A stretch of DNA of 64,000 bases from positions 8,262 to 72,261 of the forward strand of contig QHVH01000021.1 of assembly GCA_003222245.1 (NCBI GenBank). The letters run 5' to 3'. How positions within the stretch are numbered: the stretch's first letter is position 1; every line of letters begins with the position of its first letter. Of this stretch, positions 45,372 to 54,255 are shown one piece after another. The DNA is from Blastocatellia bacterium AA13 (GTDB lineage: Bacteria; Acidobacteriota; Blastocatellia; UBA7656). The notes beneath the pieces are model-generated. The model was not told the origin of the DNA. It worked only from the letters and a program-made list of their open reading frames with translations, and did no database searches. Both the position numbers and the translations under genes were made by a program.

Positions 45372-46544
45372 TTGGTTGAGATTAGACCAGTGATATACCT
45401 CGACCACAATGCCACGACCGCGATCTTGCCCGAAGTTCTGGAAGCAATGATGCCGTACTTCACCTCCGAATGGGGCAACCCGTCCAGCAGCTACAAGTTC
45501 GGCTCAAAACTGAAGTCGGTCATTGCTATTGCGCGTGAACATGTTGCGGAATTAATTGGGGCACATCCACTGGAAATCATCTTCACTTCCTGCGCGACCG
45601 AGAGCAACAACTCAGCGATTCATGCGGCCTTACGAGCTCACCCTGCAAGACGACACATTGTAACTTCGGCTGTCGAGCATTCATCGGTACTCAACTACTG
45701 TATGGCGTTGGAGACGGAGGGCTACTCGGTCACGTATCTTCCGGTTGATCGCGACGGCTTGCTGAAGTTGGCGGATGTCGAAGAGGCAATTACGGACGAG
45801 ACTGCGGTAGTGTCGCTAATGTGGGCCAACAATGAAACGGGCGTGTTGTTTCCGGTGAAACACATCGGCGAGATTTGCCGTTCGCGCGGAATACCCTATC
45901 ACTGCGATGCTGTGCAAGCGGCAGGAAAAGTCCCGATCGATGTTAAGGGTTTTCCCGTCGATTACCTCGCACTAACGGGGCATAAGATTCATGCACCCAA
46001 GGGCATCGGTGCTTTGTACGTGCGACGAAAAGCGCTGATGTCGCCATTCGTTTACGGCGGTCATCAAGAACGAAGCTTGCGCGGCGGCACGGAGAATGTC
46101 CCCCTAATAGTTGGCTTGGGCAAAGGGGCAGAGCTGGCCCGCAAGCATCTACCCGATTATGAGAAGACAGTCCGTCCGCTGAGGGATACTTTTGAAGAAG
46201 ATATTCTCACCTCGATTCCTAACGCCGAGTTGAACGGCGACAAAGAGCAGCGCTTGTCAAATACCACCAGTCTCACCTTTCACGGTATTGAGTCTGAAGC
46301 TCTGCTCATTCTCCTTGATCACGAAGGTGTGTGCGCATCATCTGGTTCCGCGTGCCTAGCCGATTCAGACGATCCTTCGCACGTTATCAAAGCAATGAAG
46401 CCTGAAGGACTCGCGGCACGGCAATCAATCCGCTTCTCTCTTTCGAGAGAAACCACTGAACTGGATGTACGGTCTGCGGCGACGGCGGTAACCAACTCGG
46501 TAGCGCAACTTCGGCTTGGATTGTCAGCGGCTTGTGTGAATTGA
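45372..46544 (+). CDS. Cysteine desulfurase (IscS/NifS/DndA type; class V aminotransferase)
   Basis: 'IYLDHNATT', PLP-lysine region 'TGHKIHAPKGIGALYVRR' and active-site 'SSGSACLA'. TTG start. Confidence 0.9.
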   Translation: MVEIRPVIYLDHNATTAILPEVLEAMMPYFTSEWGNPSSSYKFGSKLKSVIAIAREHVAELIGAHPLEIIFTSCATESNNSAIHAALRAHPARRHIVTSAVEHSSVLNYCMALETEGYSVTYLPVDRDGLLKLADVEEAITDETAVVSLMWANNETGVLFPVKHIGEICRSRGIPYHCDAVQAAGKVPIDVKGFPVDYLALTGHKIHAPKGIGALYVRRKALMSPFVYGGHQERSLRGGTENVPLIVGLGKGAELARKHLPDYEKTVRPLRDTFEEDILTSIPNAELNGDKEQRLSNTTSLTFHGIESEALLILLDHEGVCASSGSACLADSDDPSHVIKAMKPEGLAARQSIRFSLSRETTELDVRSAATAVTNSVAQLRLGLSAACVN

Positions 46545-46577
46545 ATTCCGACAAAACCCCATGCTATCGTCCGCGCG

Positions 46578-47555
46578 ATGAAATCCACGGTCATAATATT
46601 CTTCTTCCTGCTTTTGTGTGCTACTTCGTTTGCACAAACTCCGCCAGTTTCTCTTCCCAACCCGGCTGGCTCCGTACAAGAGAATTCGCAGGACGAGGAG
46701 CGCAAGAAGTTGACGGCGCGACTAGAAAAGCTCGAAGCAGTTGTTGCAAAAGCGGCTTCAGACTCATCGCGCGATAAACTCGTGACAGCCATTATCGCTG
46801 GCTCAGCCAGCTTGTTTGCTGCATTACTGGCTGGCGGACTTACATTACTCGGGCAGCGCTTCATGGCGAAGCAGCAAGAAAGGCAAGCGAACAACATAGC
46901 AGTGGAGCAGGCACAGCAGGCTGAGATTACCGCGAAGAGAGCCTTGGAACTCGCCCGTTATGAGGCAGTGTTTGCCCATACCGAAAAGATCCTCGAATAC
47001 CGTCTCAAACAAATGGAGTTGTTCTATGCGCCGATGTTCGCTCTTCTGAAGCAGAGCAAGGCGCTTTACGACAAAATGAACTATCAGATCGCGCATGACG
47101 AACCGGATCGCTACAGATTGCTCGATGAGCCCGATGATCAAGGTTACCGCATGCACGTCAAGGCCGATGACGGCTCCTGGAAAGGATTTCGATTACTTGA
47201 TCAACTACCGGCGATAAGGTCGAATTTGAAGGCATTGACTCTCGCCGAGCGTATTCTCCAGATAGGCGAACAGATGACGAAGATTATCTCAGACTACGCC
47301 GGCCTCGCCTCCGCGGATTTGGTCGACTTACTTGGCGAATACCTTGCTCATTACGCGATCCTTTCCACGATCCACAAGAGCGGGGAGACTGTGCCCTATG
47401 ACCCGGGATGGCACAAGATGGGCTACTATCCCCGCCCCTTGAATGGAAAGATCGAAGAGGGTTATCGAGAAGTAGCTCAGTTTCTTGACGAGTATTCGAG
47501 CGCTAGCAGGGGCCTATTAGAAAGCTTGCCGAAGAACGCTGGTCCGCCAGCATGA
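46578..47555 (+). CDS. Hypothetical protein with a signal peptide, coiled coil, TM segment and C-terminal globular domain
   Basis: 'VIIFFFLLLCATSFAQ' and TM 'IIAGSASLFAALLAGGLTLLG'. ATGA overlap with the downstream methyltransferase gene. Confidence 0.55.
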   Translation: MKSTVIIFFFLLLCATSFAQTPPVSLPNPAGSVQENSQDEERKKLTARLEKLEAVVAKAASDSSRDKLVTAIIAGSASLFAALLAGGLTLLGQRFMAKQQERQANNIAVEQAQQAEITAKRALELARYEAVFAHTEKILEYRLKQMELFYAPMFALLKQSKALYDKMNYQIAHDEPDRYRLLDEPDDQGYRMHVKADDGSWKGFRLLDQLPAIRSNLKALTLAERILQIGEQMTKIISDYAGLASADLVDLLGEYLAHYAILSTIHKSGETVPYDPGWHKMGYYPRPLNGKIEEGYREVAQFLDEYSSASRGLLESLPKNAGPPA

Positions 47556-48181
47556 ATTGTCAGATTATGTCGGCTACTACTTATGATCAAGGTACCCTGG
47601 CCTTTTACGAGAGACGCGGTCAGGAGTTCTGCCAGGCAACCATGAGTCTGGACCTGCACGAGCTATACGAACCGTTCTTGAAGGAGCTGCCTCTGGGCGC
47701 CCATATCCTCGACGCTGGGTGCGGCTCCGGTCGAGACACCAAAGCATTCTTGGAACGAGGGTATCGCGTTACCGCCATTGATGCGTCTCCACAGATGGCC
47801 TCATTGGCAACGGAGCACACAGGGCAGTCTTGCCAGGTCCTTTCCTTTCAGGAACTCGATTTTCGGGAAGAGTTCGATGGCATATGGGCCTGCGCTTCCC
47901 TTCTTCATGTGCCCAAAACCGAAATGGATGATGTGTTGCGTCGCCTTGCAGGTGCACTGAAAGTTGGAGGTGTTCTCTACACCTCACTGAAAGAGGGCTA
48001 CGGAGAACGTATAGCTGAAGACGGCAGATTCTTCAGCTACTACTCGAGAGAGTCTTTCAAGGAACTTCTCAACACTCATCCGATACTGGACGAGATCGCG
48101 TTTTGGAAGACTGAGGATACTCGGTCCAGGGAGCATATAGGCCCCTGGCTCAATTTTTTATTGAAGAGGCGAAGGTCGTAA
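47552..48181 (+). CDS. Small class I SAM-dependent methyltransferase
   Basis: Motif I 'ILDAGCGSGRDT', 'VTAIDASPQM' and 'FDGIWACASLLHV'. Confidence 0.8.
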   Translation: MNCQIMSATTYDQGTLAFYERRGQEFCQATMSLDLHELYEPFLKELPLGAHILDAGCGSGRDTKAFLERGYRVTAIDASPQMASLATEHTGQSCQVLSFQELDFREEFDGIWACASLLHVPKTEMDDVLRRLAGALKVGGVLYTSLKEGYGERIAEDGRFFSYYSRESFKELLNTHPILDEIAFWKTEDTRSREHIGPWLNFLLKRRRS

Positions 48182-48260
48182 TCTTCTTCAACCAGTCTCG
48201 CAATTTACCTTTCCCGGCGAGACCACAAGCACCGCTCGCGAAGGAAGCGCCACCTAGCTG

Positions 48261-49262
48261 CTAAGTGAATATGGCTTCAGTGAAGGTCGGGAAGTATCTA
48301 TAGAGCTCAGCGTAGCGCCTGATGTCGGAAGTAGAAACACCGGGAAGGCTCAAGGCAGCCGCCTCTGCTTCAGGAAGCTGAGCATTTAGATGGCGCATCT
48401 CTTTCATCGTGAGACAGGGTACGTCAATAGCATAAGCTTCCTCTCCAAAACGAATGAAATCAAGTTCGTTGAAGGAACATGCCTCAAACTTCTCGAAGTC
48501 CCCGGCTTCGAATAAGATTCCTCCAACAGTGAGCATTCGTGCTCCGTCGCTGTAGTTAAAGTTCAATATCTGACGGTAGAGCATCTTCTTCTCGGATGGC
48601 AAAAGACCGTTGCGGTCTGACAATGTCTCTTCGATTCTATTGTCAATAAGCTTTCGTGAGATTCTCGCAAGCCCCCCTCCCCTCAATTCGCTGCCAAGAA
48701 CCTCAGGAGGCAACGCTTCGCCAACGCGATTGTGTAGTTCACGTAGACGGTAGGCATCGAGATCAAACGCAAGGCCGGTTTCTGCCTTGTATTGCTGGCG
48801 TACAGTTTCGTTAGGCTGTCCCTCCACGTGAGCATTCACAGAAATAACCAAAACGCTGCCCGAATATGATCTGGCCGCTACCGTGCTGATGTCTGACAAC
48901 ACAGTTTCGTCAAGCTTGCCGTCATAGTCTAGCCAAACTATGGATTTGGCCCGCCAATCCAGTTCGGGCAATACAGCAGAAGCCGGGCGGCAATCCAGGC
49001 GAACGCAGTTGTAGGGCTTATTGAACAGGAAGCACTCCTCGGCATCAGCATCCTTCTCCATGCTGAGCATGTCTTCCATCCCCAGGGCACGATGGAACAG
49101 ATGGAAGTCAGTGAAGTATATTGAGCCGAAGCCTAAATAACGGTACGTTGCTACCTTTGCGAACGGGGACAATCGACGGAAAGCGTCACACAACATCTTG
49201 CGCTCAATTGCCTTTGCGGGGCGCACAGAATAGTTGATCCTTCGATAGCTGCTAGCCATCAC
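48261..49262 (-). CDS. Hypothetical 333-aa protein, last gene of the dnd-type operon
   Basis: ATGA overlap with the upstream GHKL gene. 'YRYLGFGSIYFTDFHLFHRALGMEDMLSMEKD' hints at a Rossmann-like beta-strand/Gly-loop/acidic pattern, but I recognise no family. Confidence 0.6.
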   Translation of the reverse strand: MMASSYRRINYSVRPAKAIERKMLCDAFRRLSPFAKVATYRYLGFGSIYFTDFHLFHRALGMEDMLSMEKDADAEECFLFNKPYNCVRLDCRPASAVLPELDWRAKSIVWLDYDGKLDETVLSDISTVAARSYSGSVLVISVNAHVEGQPNETVRQQYKAETGLAFDLDAYRLRELHNRVGEALPPEVLGSELRGGGLARISRKLIDNRIEETLSDRNGLLPSEKKMLYRQILNFNYSDGARMLTVGGILFEAGDFEKFEACSFNELDFIRFGEEAYAIDVPCLTMKEMRHLNAQLPEAEAAALSLPGVSTSDIRRYAELYRYFPTFTEAIFT

Positions 49263-50629
49263 TGCTTCTCCTCGTAATGCATGAAGTATTCGAACGTTTT
49301 TTCCCCCACCGCCGTGAACGTGTGAACGTCGAGAAGCTCCTTTGCTTTTTCTACTTCGGTCAACGGCTTGCTGTACTGGATTCTCGCCATCCTCGGTCCC
49401 GGAGGTCTGGGTCTTGGCTGAGGCGCGACAAAGACTCGCGTGACCGCAAGCGAGTCAGTCCGTTTGGCCTCCGCGCTGTGAATTGCCTCCTCTAGCGTGC
49501 TATCGCCTATATCTCCACTCTCAATTGCCGCCTTTTCCTTAGCTAGGTTGGAAAGAAACGTAAGCACAGGTTTCGATATCTCAACCATCTCTAGTTGAGC
49601 GCTCTTATAAACTGCTGAATCGATGTCTACTCCTGTTTTCGTGGTAGTCCACGGCAATAGTCCTGCATCATCCGAGTCGAAATAGGCATAACCTCGAAAA
49701 TATGCAACGTCGGGATGGTATTGACGCATGCCGTGGGTCTGTCCCCAAATCGTCGTCGAGGTCTGGTCCGCACGTATCACCATGCGCCCGTTGCAGAACA
49801 CGTACCAACCGCCATCGTGCAAGCTTCTCTCGGCGACGCCGGCGTAGAGCTTCACATTCACACGTGCATCTGGCTTTCCGTTCAGTAGCTCCCCTTGGTA
49901 TGTCCTCTCAATAAAAGCGGGCTTCATCTGGTCTGACTCAAATAGCGTTTGAGGCTCATGACGGAGTGGAATAGTGTTTACTGTAATCGCTAGTCCTTTG
50001 TCCATGCTAATGCTATGCGCAAGAGACATCTCTTGTTTCAGTCGCGTCAGAAAGTTCTCAAGGCCAAAGCTCTCCCCGACCGTATCGTAGAGCTGTGTTA
50101 CTTCAAGCCGGGTACCGACCTCGTTCTTTGGTACGTCGATGAGTTTGTCTTCGATGTTCTGGAACTCGAAATGCCACTCGTCTGCCTTCTCCGATTCGTC
50201 CAGCGCCATCCACTGTGCAACATCAATGTCCATGTTGAATCGAGATGAACTGGTGACCGAATGGACGCTGAAGTGTCGCCCCAGTTTGAAGAATGTGCGC
50301 TTCATGCCAACGCCGAATTGTCCCACCGATCCAGGAGTGAGTGGAGCATCTTTCGAGCGACCAAACCGGAACGCATAATGCCTGGCAATATCGACCGGGA
50401 TACCGCCGCAATTGTCCGCTATCTTAAAGTGGTCTTTATCAAGCTCCGCGCGAACCCAGAGCCCATCGAAATCGCCGTTTGGTCGCATCCGCCTGGCACC
50501 GTCAAGCGAATTGTCCACCAAGTCCAGAATGGCACGGGTAAGCGGTATATCTCGGGTCAACATATAGATGAAGAACTCCTTAGTTGGAGAAGCGTCAATG
50601 CGCTTTGGGTCTGCTGGATTCTCCGGCAC
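49259..50629 (-). CDS. GHKL (Bergerat-fold, HATPase_c_3-like) ATPase
   Basis: N-box 'LDLVDNSLDGA', G1 'DNCGGIP' and G2 'GQFGVGMKRTFFKLG'. Confidence 0.75.
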   Translation of the reverse strand: MPENPADPKRIDASPTKEFFIYMLTRDIPLTRAILDLVDNSLDGARRMRPNGDFDGLWVRAELDKDHFKIADNCGGIPVDIARHYAFRFGRSKDAPLTPGSVGQFGVGMKRTFFKLGRHFSVHSVTSSSRFNMDIDVAQWMALDESEKADEWHFEFQNIEDKLIDVPKNEVGTRLEVTQLYDTVGESFGLENFLTRLKQEMSLAHSISMDKGLAITVNTIPLRHEPQTLFESDQMKPAFIERTYQGELLNGKPDARVNVKLYAGVAERSLHDGGWYVFCNGRMVIRADQTSTTIWGQTHGMRQYHPDVAYFRGYAYFDSDDAGLLPWTTTKTGVDIDSAVYKSAQLEMVEISKPVLTFLSNLAKEKAAIESGDIGDSTLEEAIHSAEAKRTDSLAVTRVFVAPQPRPRPPGPRMARIQYSKPLTEVEKAKELLDVHTFTAVGEKTFEYFMHYEEKQ

Positions 50630-50643
50630 GGGTTAGCCTCCTT

Positions 50644-52125
50644 TCACTTTCCTTCATCTCTCCAGAACTGTCTTGCCGGACCTACCAGGAGTTTGCCCTG
50701 TAGCCGGAGGGCCCCTTCGGCTTTGACCAGTTCGCGATTGATCACTCCGCCGAGGATTCTGCGCTGCTGTGGCTCCCTGAGTGAGCTCGGCGAAAAGTGA
50801 ATGCCGCACTCCGCAAGCTCGACGAAGTTGGTCGCGTTGTCACCACCCGTGATAAATGCATCGGCGCCCTGAGACGCAAGCCACACCGGGAAGCCCCACG
50901 AGCGGCCCTGCCGGGCAAGCTGACCAAGCAAGCCCGCTTTGCCCTCCTTTGGCAATAGCAGATGCGCCTCGTCGACAAACAGCACCATCTTCAGCGGTTG
51001 AATTCCGTTCTTGATAGCAAGGTTTTGGTTGAGTCGCTTGATTAGAAAGTTCAGAATAAGCGCGACCGTTAGAGACTTGGTCTCACTGTCGGTCCCGAAC
51101 TGCTTGAAGTCAACTACGATTGAACTGTTGAGCCACTCCTCGGGGCTGACTGCTGTCACTGCGCTAGCAAACAGGTTGAACCGCTCTATCTTCTGGATGA
51201 TTGCAAGGTCAACACCGTCCGCGCCGCTCTCCTCTAGCTTTATTGCCAGCGTGGTGAAGTCCGGCTCGCGAAGCTCTTGGTAGGCGTCGCATATGTTCCT
51301 TTCCTGCTTCGCGCCAAGCTGTGGCGCGAAGCAACGAATCAGATTCGCAATCTCGTACGCGATTTGCGCATTTGCTGTCGGGTTAGGGTCGCGGATGAGT
51401 GGATTTATTGGCAAGTCCTGTCTAATCAGACGGACGTAGCGTGCGCCCGTCTGTTGCAAGAACAGTGTCCGGTTTCGCCGCTGCTCGGGGTTGTTAGGGT
51501 CGTCTTCCAACTCGCCCTTAAGATCAAAGAAAACGAATCTGACTCCCTGCGCAGCCAACTGCGCGAGTAGATCAAGCGCGAGCTGACTCTTCCCTGAGCC
51601 CGGCTCACCTGAGATGACCAGGAGGCCGTTCTTTGTGCCGGTGCCGTTTAAGCTCCATTCTGGTCCGTCCAACAGGACTTTGAGCTTTACTTCCTTTTCA
51701 ACTATGGGGATCGGCGCGACTCGCGACCCGAGCGAGCGGGAACCGAAGTCTTCTCCAGTCAGTTTAAGCAACGCTGAAACAAACCGCGTTTGGTCGTTGC
51801 CGCAGTCTTCCCATATCTCCCTCAATCGCTGGCATCCGTATTCGAAATGCTGACGGAATGCTTGGCGGTAGCCCGTTTCATCCAGTTCTTTGCCGGTCCG
51901 ATGATTAAGCGCCGCCCGGACTACGTCACGCAGTTCGTCGCCAATCACGGTTTCATCATCGAGGTCTTTTCCCTGGGAGTTAGCCGGTTTGAATGTCCGC
52001 GGGACGCCTTCGCCAAGAGCAAGGAATAGCGCGGAGCGACCGAGGACGGCCTTGTTGCGCGCGCCGATACGCTGGTGAATATCCTCGATGAACTGTTCCG
52101 CGGCCAGACTCGGCTTGAATTTCAT
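50644..52125 (-). CDS. DndE-like N-terminal domain fused to a HerA/FtsK-type (DUF87-like) P-loop ATPase
   Basis: The first 115 aa or so ('SLAAEQFIEDIHQRIGARNKAVLGRSALFLALGEG..FRQHFEYGCQRL') resemble DndE as I recall it. These are followed by Walker A 'ISGEPGSGKSQL' and Walker B 'VLFVDEAHLL'. The gene sits directly after dndD. Confidence 0.6.
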   Translation of the reverse strand: MKFKPSLAAEQFIEDIHQRIGARNKAVLGRSALFLALGEGVPRTFKPANSQGKDLDDETVIGDELRDVVRAALNHRTGKELDETGYRQAFRQHFEYGCQRLREIWEDCGNDQTRFVSALLKLTGEDFGSRSLGSRVAPIPIVEKEVKLKVLLDGPEWSLNGTGTKNGLLVISGEPGSGKSQLALDLLAQLAAQGVRFVFFDLKGELEDDPNNPEQRRNRTLFLQQTGARYVRLIRQDLPINPLIRDPNPTANAQIAYEIANLIRCFAPQLGAKQERNICDAYQELREPDFTTLAIKLEESGADGVDLAIIQKIERFNLFASAVTAVSPEEWLNSSIVVDFKQFGTDSETKSLTVALILNFLIKRLNQNLAIKNGIQPLKMVLFVDEAHLLLPKEGKAGLLGQLARQGRSWGFPVWLASQGADAFITGGDNATNFVELAECGIHFSPSSLREPQQRRILGGVINRELVKAEGALRLQGKLLVGPARQFWRDEGK

Positions 52126-52188
52126 AAACAGCCTTGCCTTAGAAGTTCTTCTACTTGCAGTCGGTTCTAATCCAACTGGATTTGCACC

Positions 52189-54255
52189 TCATAGCGTTCG
52201 CCCGAAGTAGTCGTTGGTGGTCCGCACTTCGTAGTTAGTACTATCTTCCTTGCCATGTGCGTGCAGTGTATAAACGCGTGCCAACTTTTCCTGAATGCGA
52301 TCAAAGAGTGGGCCGTCGGGATCGATCTCAGAATTGGTTGTAAGGATGAGTGTCTGGTGGCCTCTCAAATAGAGTTGGTCAAGCACGCTGTCTTTGACTT
52401 CCCTGTCGAGTCGACCTAGGGGAGTATCTACTACAAGGGGTGGCACGAGACGCGCCAGCCTCCGGAGCGCCTCATAGAACGCTAACATCCGCACTTGGCG
52501 CTGACCTGCGGATGTATTGCTATCCTCCCAAGACGCTTTCTTACCGTCACGCCGCACCAACATACAGTTCCAGTTCTTGTCGAATTCCATTCCTAAGAAC
52601 TCTTTCCGTCGTTCAGTGATTTCCACCCAAAGGTCGCTAACGTGCTCAGAGATTCTGCGCCGCAATTGATCTGCCGCACGCGCACGAATTTCTGTGGCGG
52701 CTTCCCGGTAACGGGCGGCCAAGGCGATTAGCGTCTGGCCCTGTCGCGCCTTGTTCGCAAGTGCCGTTTGATTAGTCTCTTCGCGCCTAAGTTCTTTTAG
52801 GAGATTTTCACGGGACTGCACCTGTGATGCCAGGTCGCTTCGTTGCTTCTCCAAGTGACTGCATTGTGTTGTCAGCTCCCCGCGCCTACGATGCAACTCA
52901 ACGCCTAGCGCCATAGCGGCCGCATCCTGCTTAAGCTGCCGGAGACGCGTGTCAACCTCACGCAAATTCGAGTCCACCGATTCCGCCTGCGCACACAATT
53001 CTGCTATCCCCCTCAACGAGCTTGTTGCCGTCGTCAATCGAGCACGAACCTGGGCGCTTCTGTCGTTGCGGTCGGTCACAAAGACACTCTCTGCCATACC
53101 ATCGGGCGGTGGGTGAAATAAACTGTGAAGAGCACGCTCCAGCCGATCGGCGTAAAAAGCATGAGCATCGTCTGAGAGTCGATATTCACTCGGGACTTCT
53201 TCAAACACGCTACGCTTCACCTGAGGGATCTTCGGCTCAACGGTCGCTTTGCTGCTTTCCCACTCTCGCCGTTTCTCTTCTTGAATCAGGTACTCGTGCA
53301 GGTCGCGCCGATACTGCCCCAGCAGCGCCACCGGCATGGCTTGCTCCCAAGCAGCCGTAAGTTCTACTTCCAGTCGCGCTCTTGTTTCCGCCAACTTCGC
53401 GCGACTATCCTGTGCTCTTTGCAACTCGTCTGGATCAACTGCACCCAAACTCTTTAGTCGTTCCTCGACCTCATCAAGTTCTGCCTGCGATTCGTGAAGC
53501 TCAAGATTGACACTGCTGAGCTCCTCACGCAGAGCGATCAATTCACCATCTGCGGTCACTATTCTGCCGTTGAGTTCAGCGAGTTTCTTAGCGGCTTCGT
53601 GGCCCTCGGAGGCGTTGAAGACTCGTGGAATCTTATTCTGAATCAACTGCCGCAGATCGGTCTCGAGCTCTCCATAGGTCCAAAGGCCAAGAATCCTGCT
53701 GATTCCTTCAACTATATCCTGCTGGCCGAGGCTGAAGTTTTGGCCTCGTTCCGCGTCGAAGAAAAAGAAACGTGCTAGATGTCGTGGCAAGAGCGCGTCG
53801 CGGAGCTTCTCAAGATGTTTCTCGTCTTCAATCCGACCCGAGCCATCGTTCCGCTCGGCATAAGAACGCCAGACGGGACCAGAATTCGGGCGGTGGCGAA
53901 TCTCCCGGACGATCGTCGCTTTTCTACTCGCTCCGCCTTTTTCATCACGCTGCGATATCGAAACCTCAAGGCGCACTGCGTCCTGCCCTTCAGATTGCGC
54001 GCGTCGATTCAGCGACTTCTCGAAGAGAAATCGCGTGGCCTCAGAGGCCGGTTCAACCTTCTTTAGATCAACAACACCAGTCTCACCAACAACAGCAAGA
54101 TAAAGCGCTCGAAGTAAATGGGTCTTGCCAGCCCCATTCTTACCGCCCACGAGGATGCCAGACCTACCCTCAAGCGTGCCGAAGTTGAAGCTGTGCTCGC
54201 CGTAGTATGGACCGAAGTTCTCGAGCGTCAGTGAATCGATGTAGACCTCAGGCAT
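52189..54255 (-). CDS. dndD: DndD-type SMC-like ATPase
   Basis: 'LTLENFGPYYGEHSFNF', Walker A 'GGKNGAGKTHLLRALYLA', a long coiled-coil middle and 'LVVDTPLGRLD'. Confidence 0.85.
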   Translation of the reverse strand: MPEVYIDSLTLENFGPYYGEHSFNFGTLEGRSGILVGGKNGAGKTHLLRALYLAVVGETGVVDLKKVEPASEATRFLFEKSLNRRAQSEGQDAVRLEVSISQRDEKGGASRKATIVREIRHRPNSGPVWRSYAERNDGSGRIEDEKHLEKLRDALLPRHLARFFFFDAERGQNFSLGQQDIVEGISRILGLWTYGELETDLRQLIQNKIPRVFNASEGHEAAKKLAELNGRIVTADGELIALREELSSVNLELHESQAELDEVEERLKSLGAVDPDELQRAQDSRAKLAETRARLEVELTAAWEQAMPVALLGQYRRDLHEYLIQEEKRREWESSKATVEPKIPQVKRSVFEEVPSEYRLSDDAHAFYADRLERALHSLFHPPPDGMAESVFVTDRNDRSAQVRARLTTATSSLRGIAELCAQAESVDSNLREVDTRLRQLKQDAAAMALGVELHRRRGELTTQCSHLEKQRSDLASQVQSRENLLKELRREETNQTALANKARQGQTLIALAARYREAATEIRARAADQLRRRISEHVSDLWVEITERRKEFLGMEFDKNWNCMLVRRDGKKASWEDSNTSAGQRQVRMLAFYEALRRLARLVPPLVVDTPLGRLDREVKDSVLDQLYLRGHQTLILTTNSEIDPDGPLFDRIQEKLARVYTLHAHGKEDSTNYEVRTTNDYFGRTL

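Noticed and set aside
46319-46897. 192-aa minus-strand ORF
   Set aside because: It is antisense to the end of the cysteine desulfurase gene and the start of the next gene, and it has no motifs.
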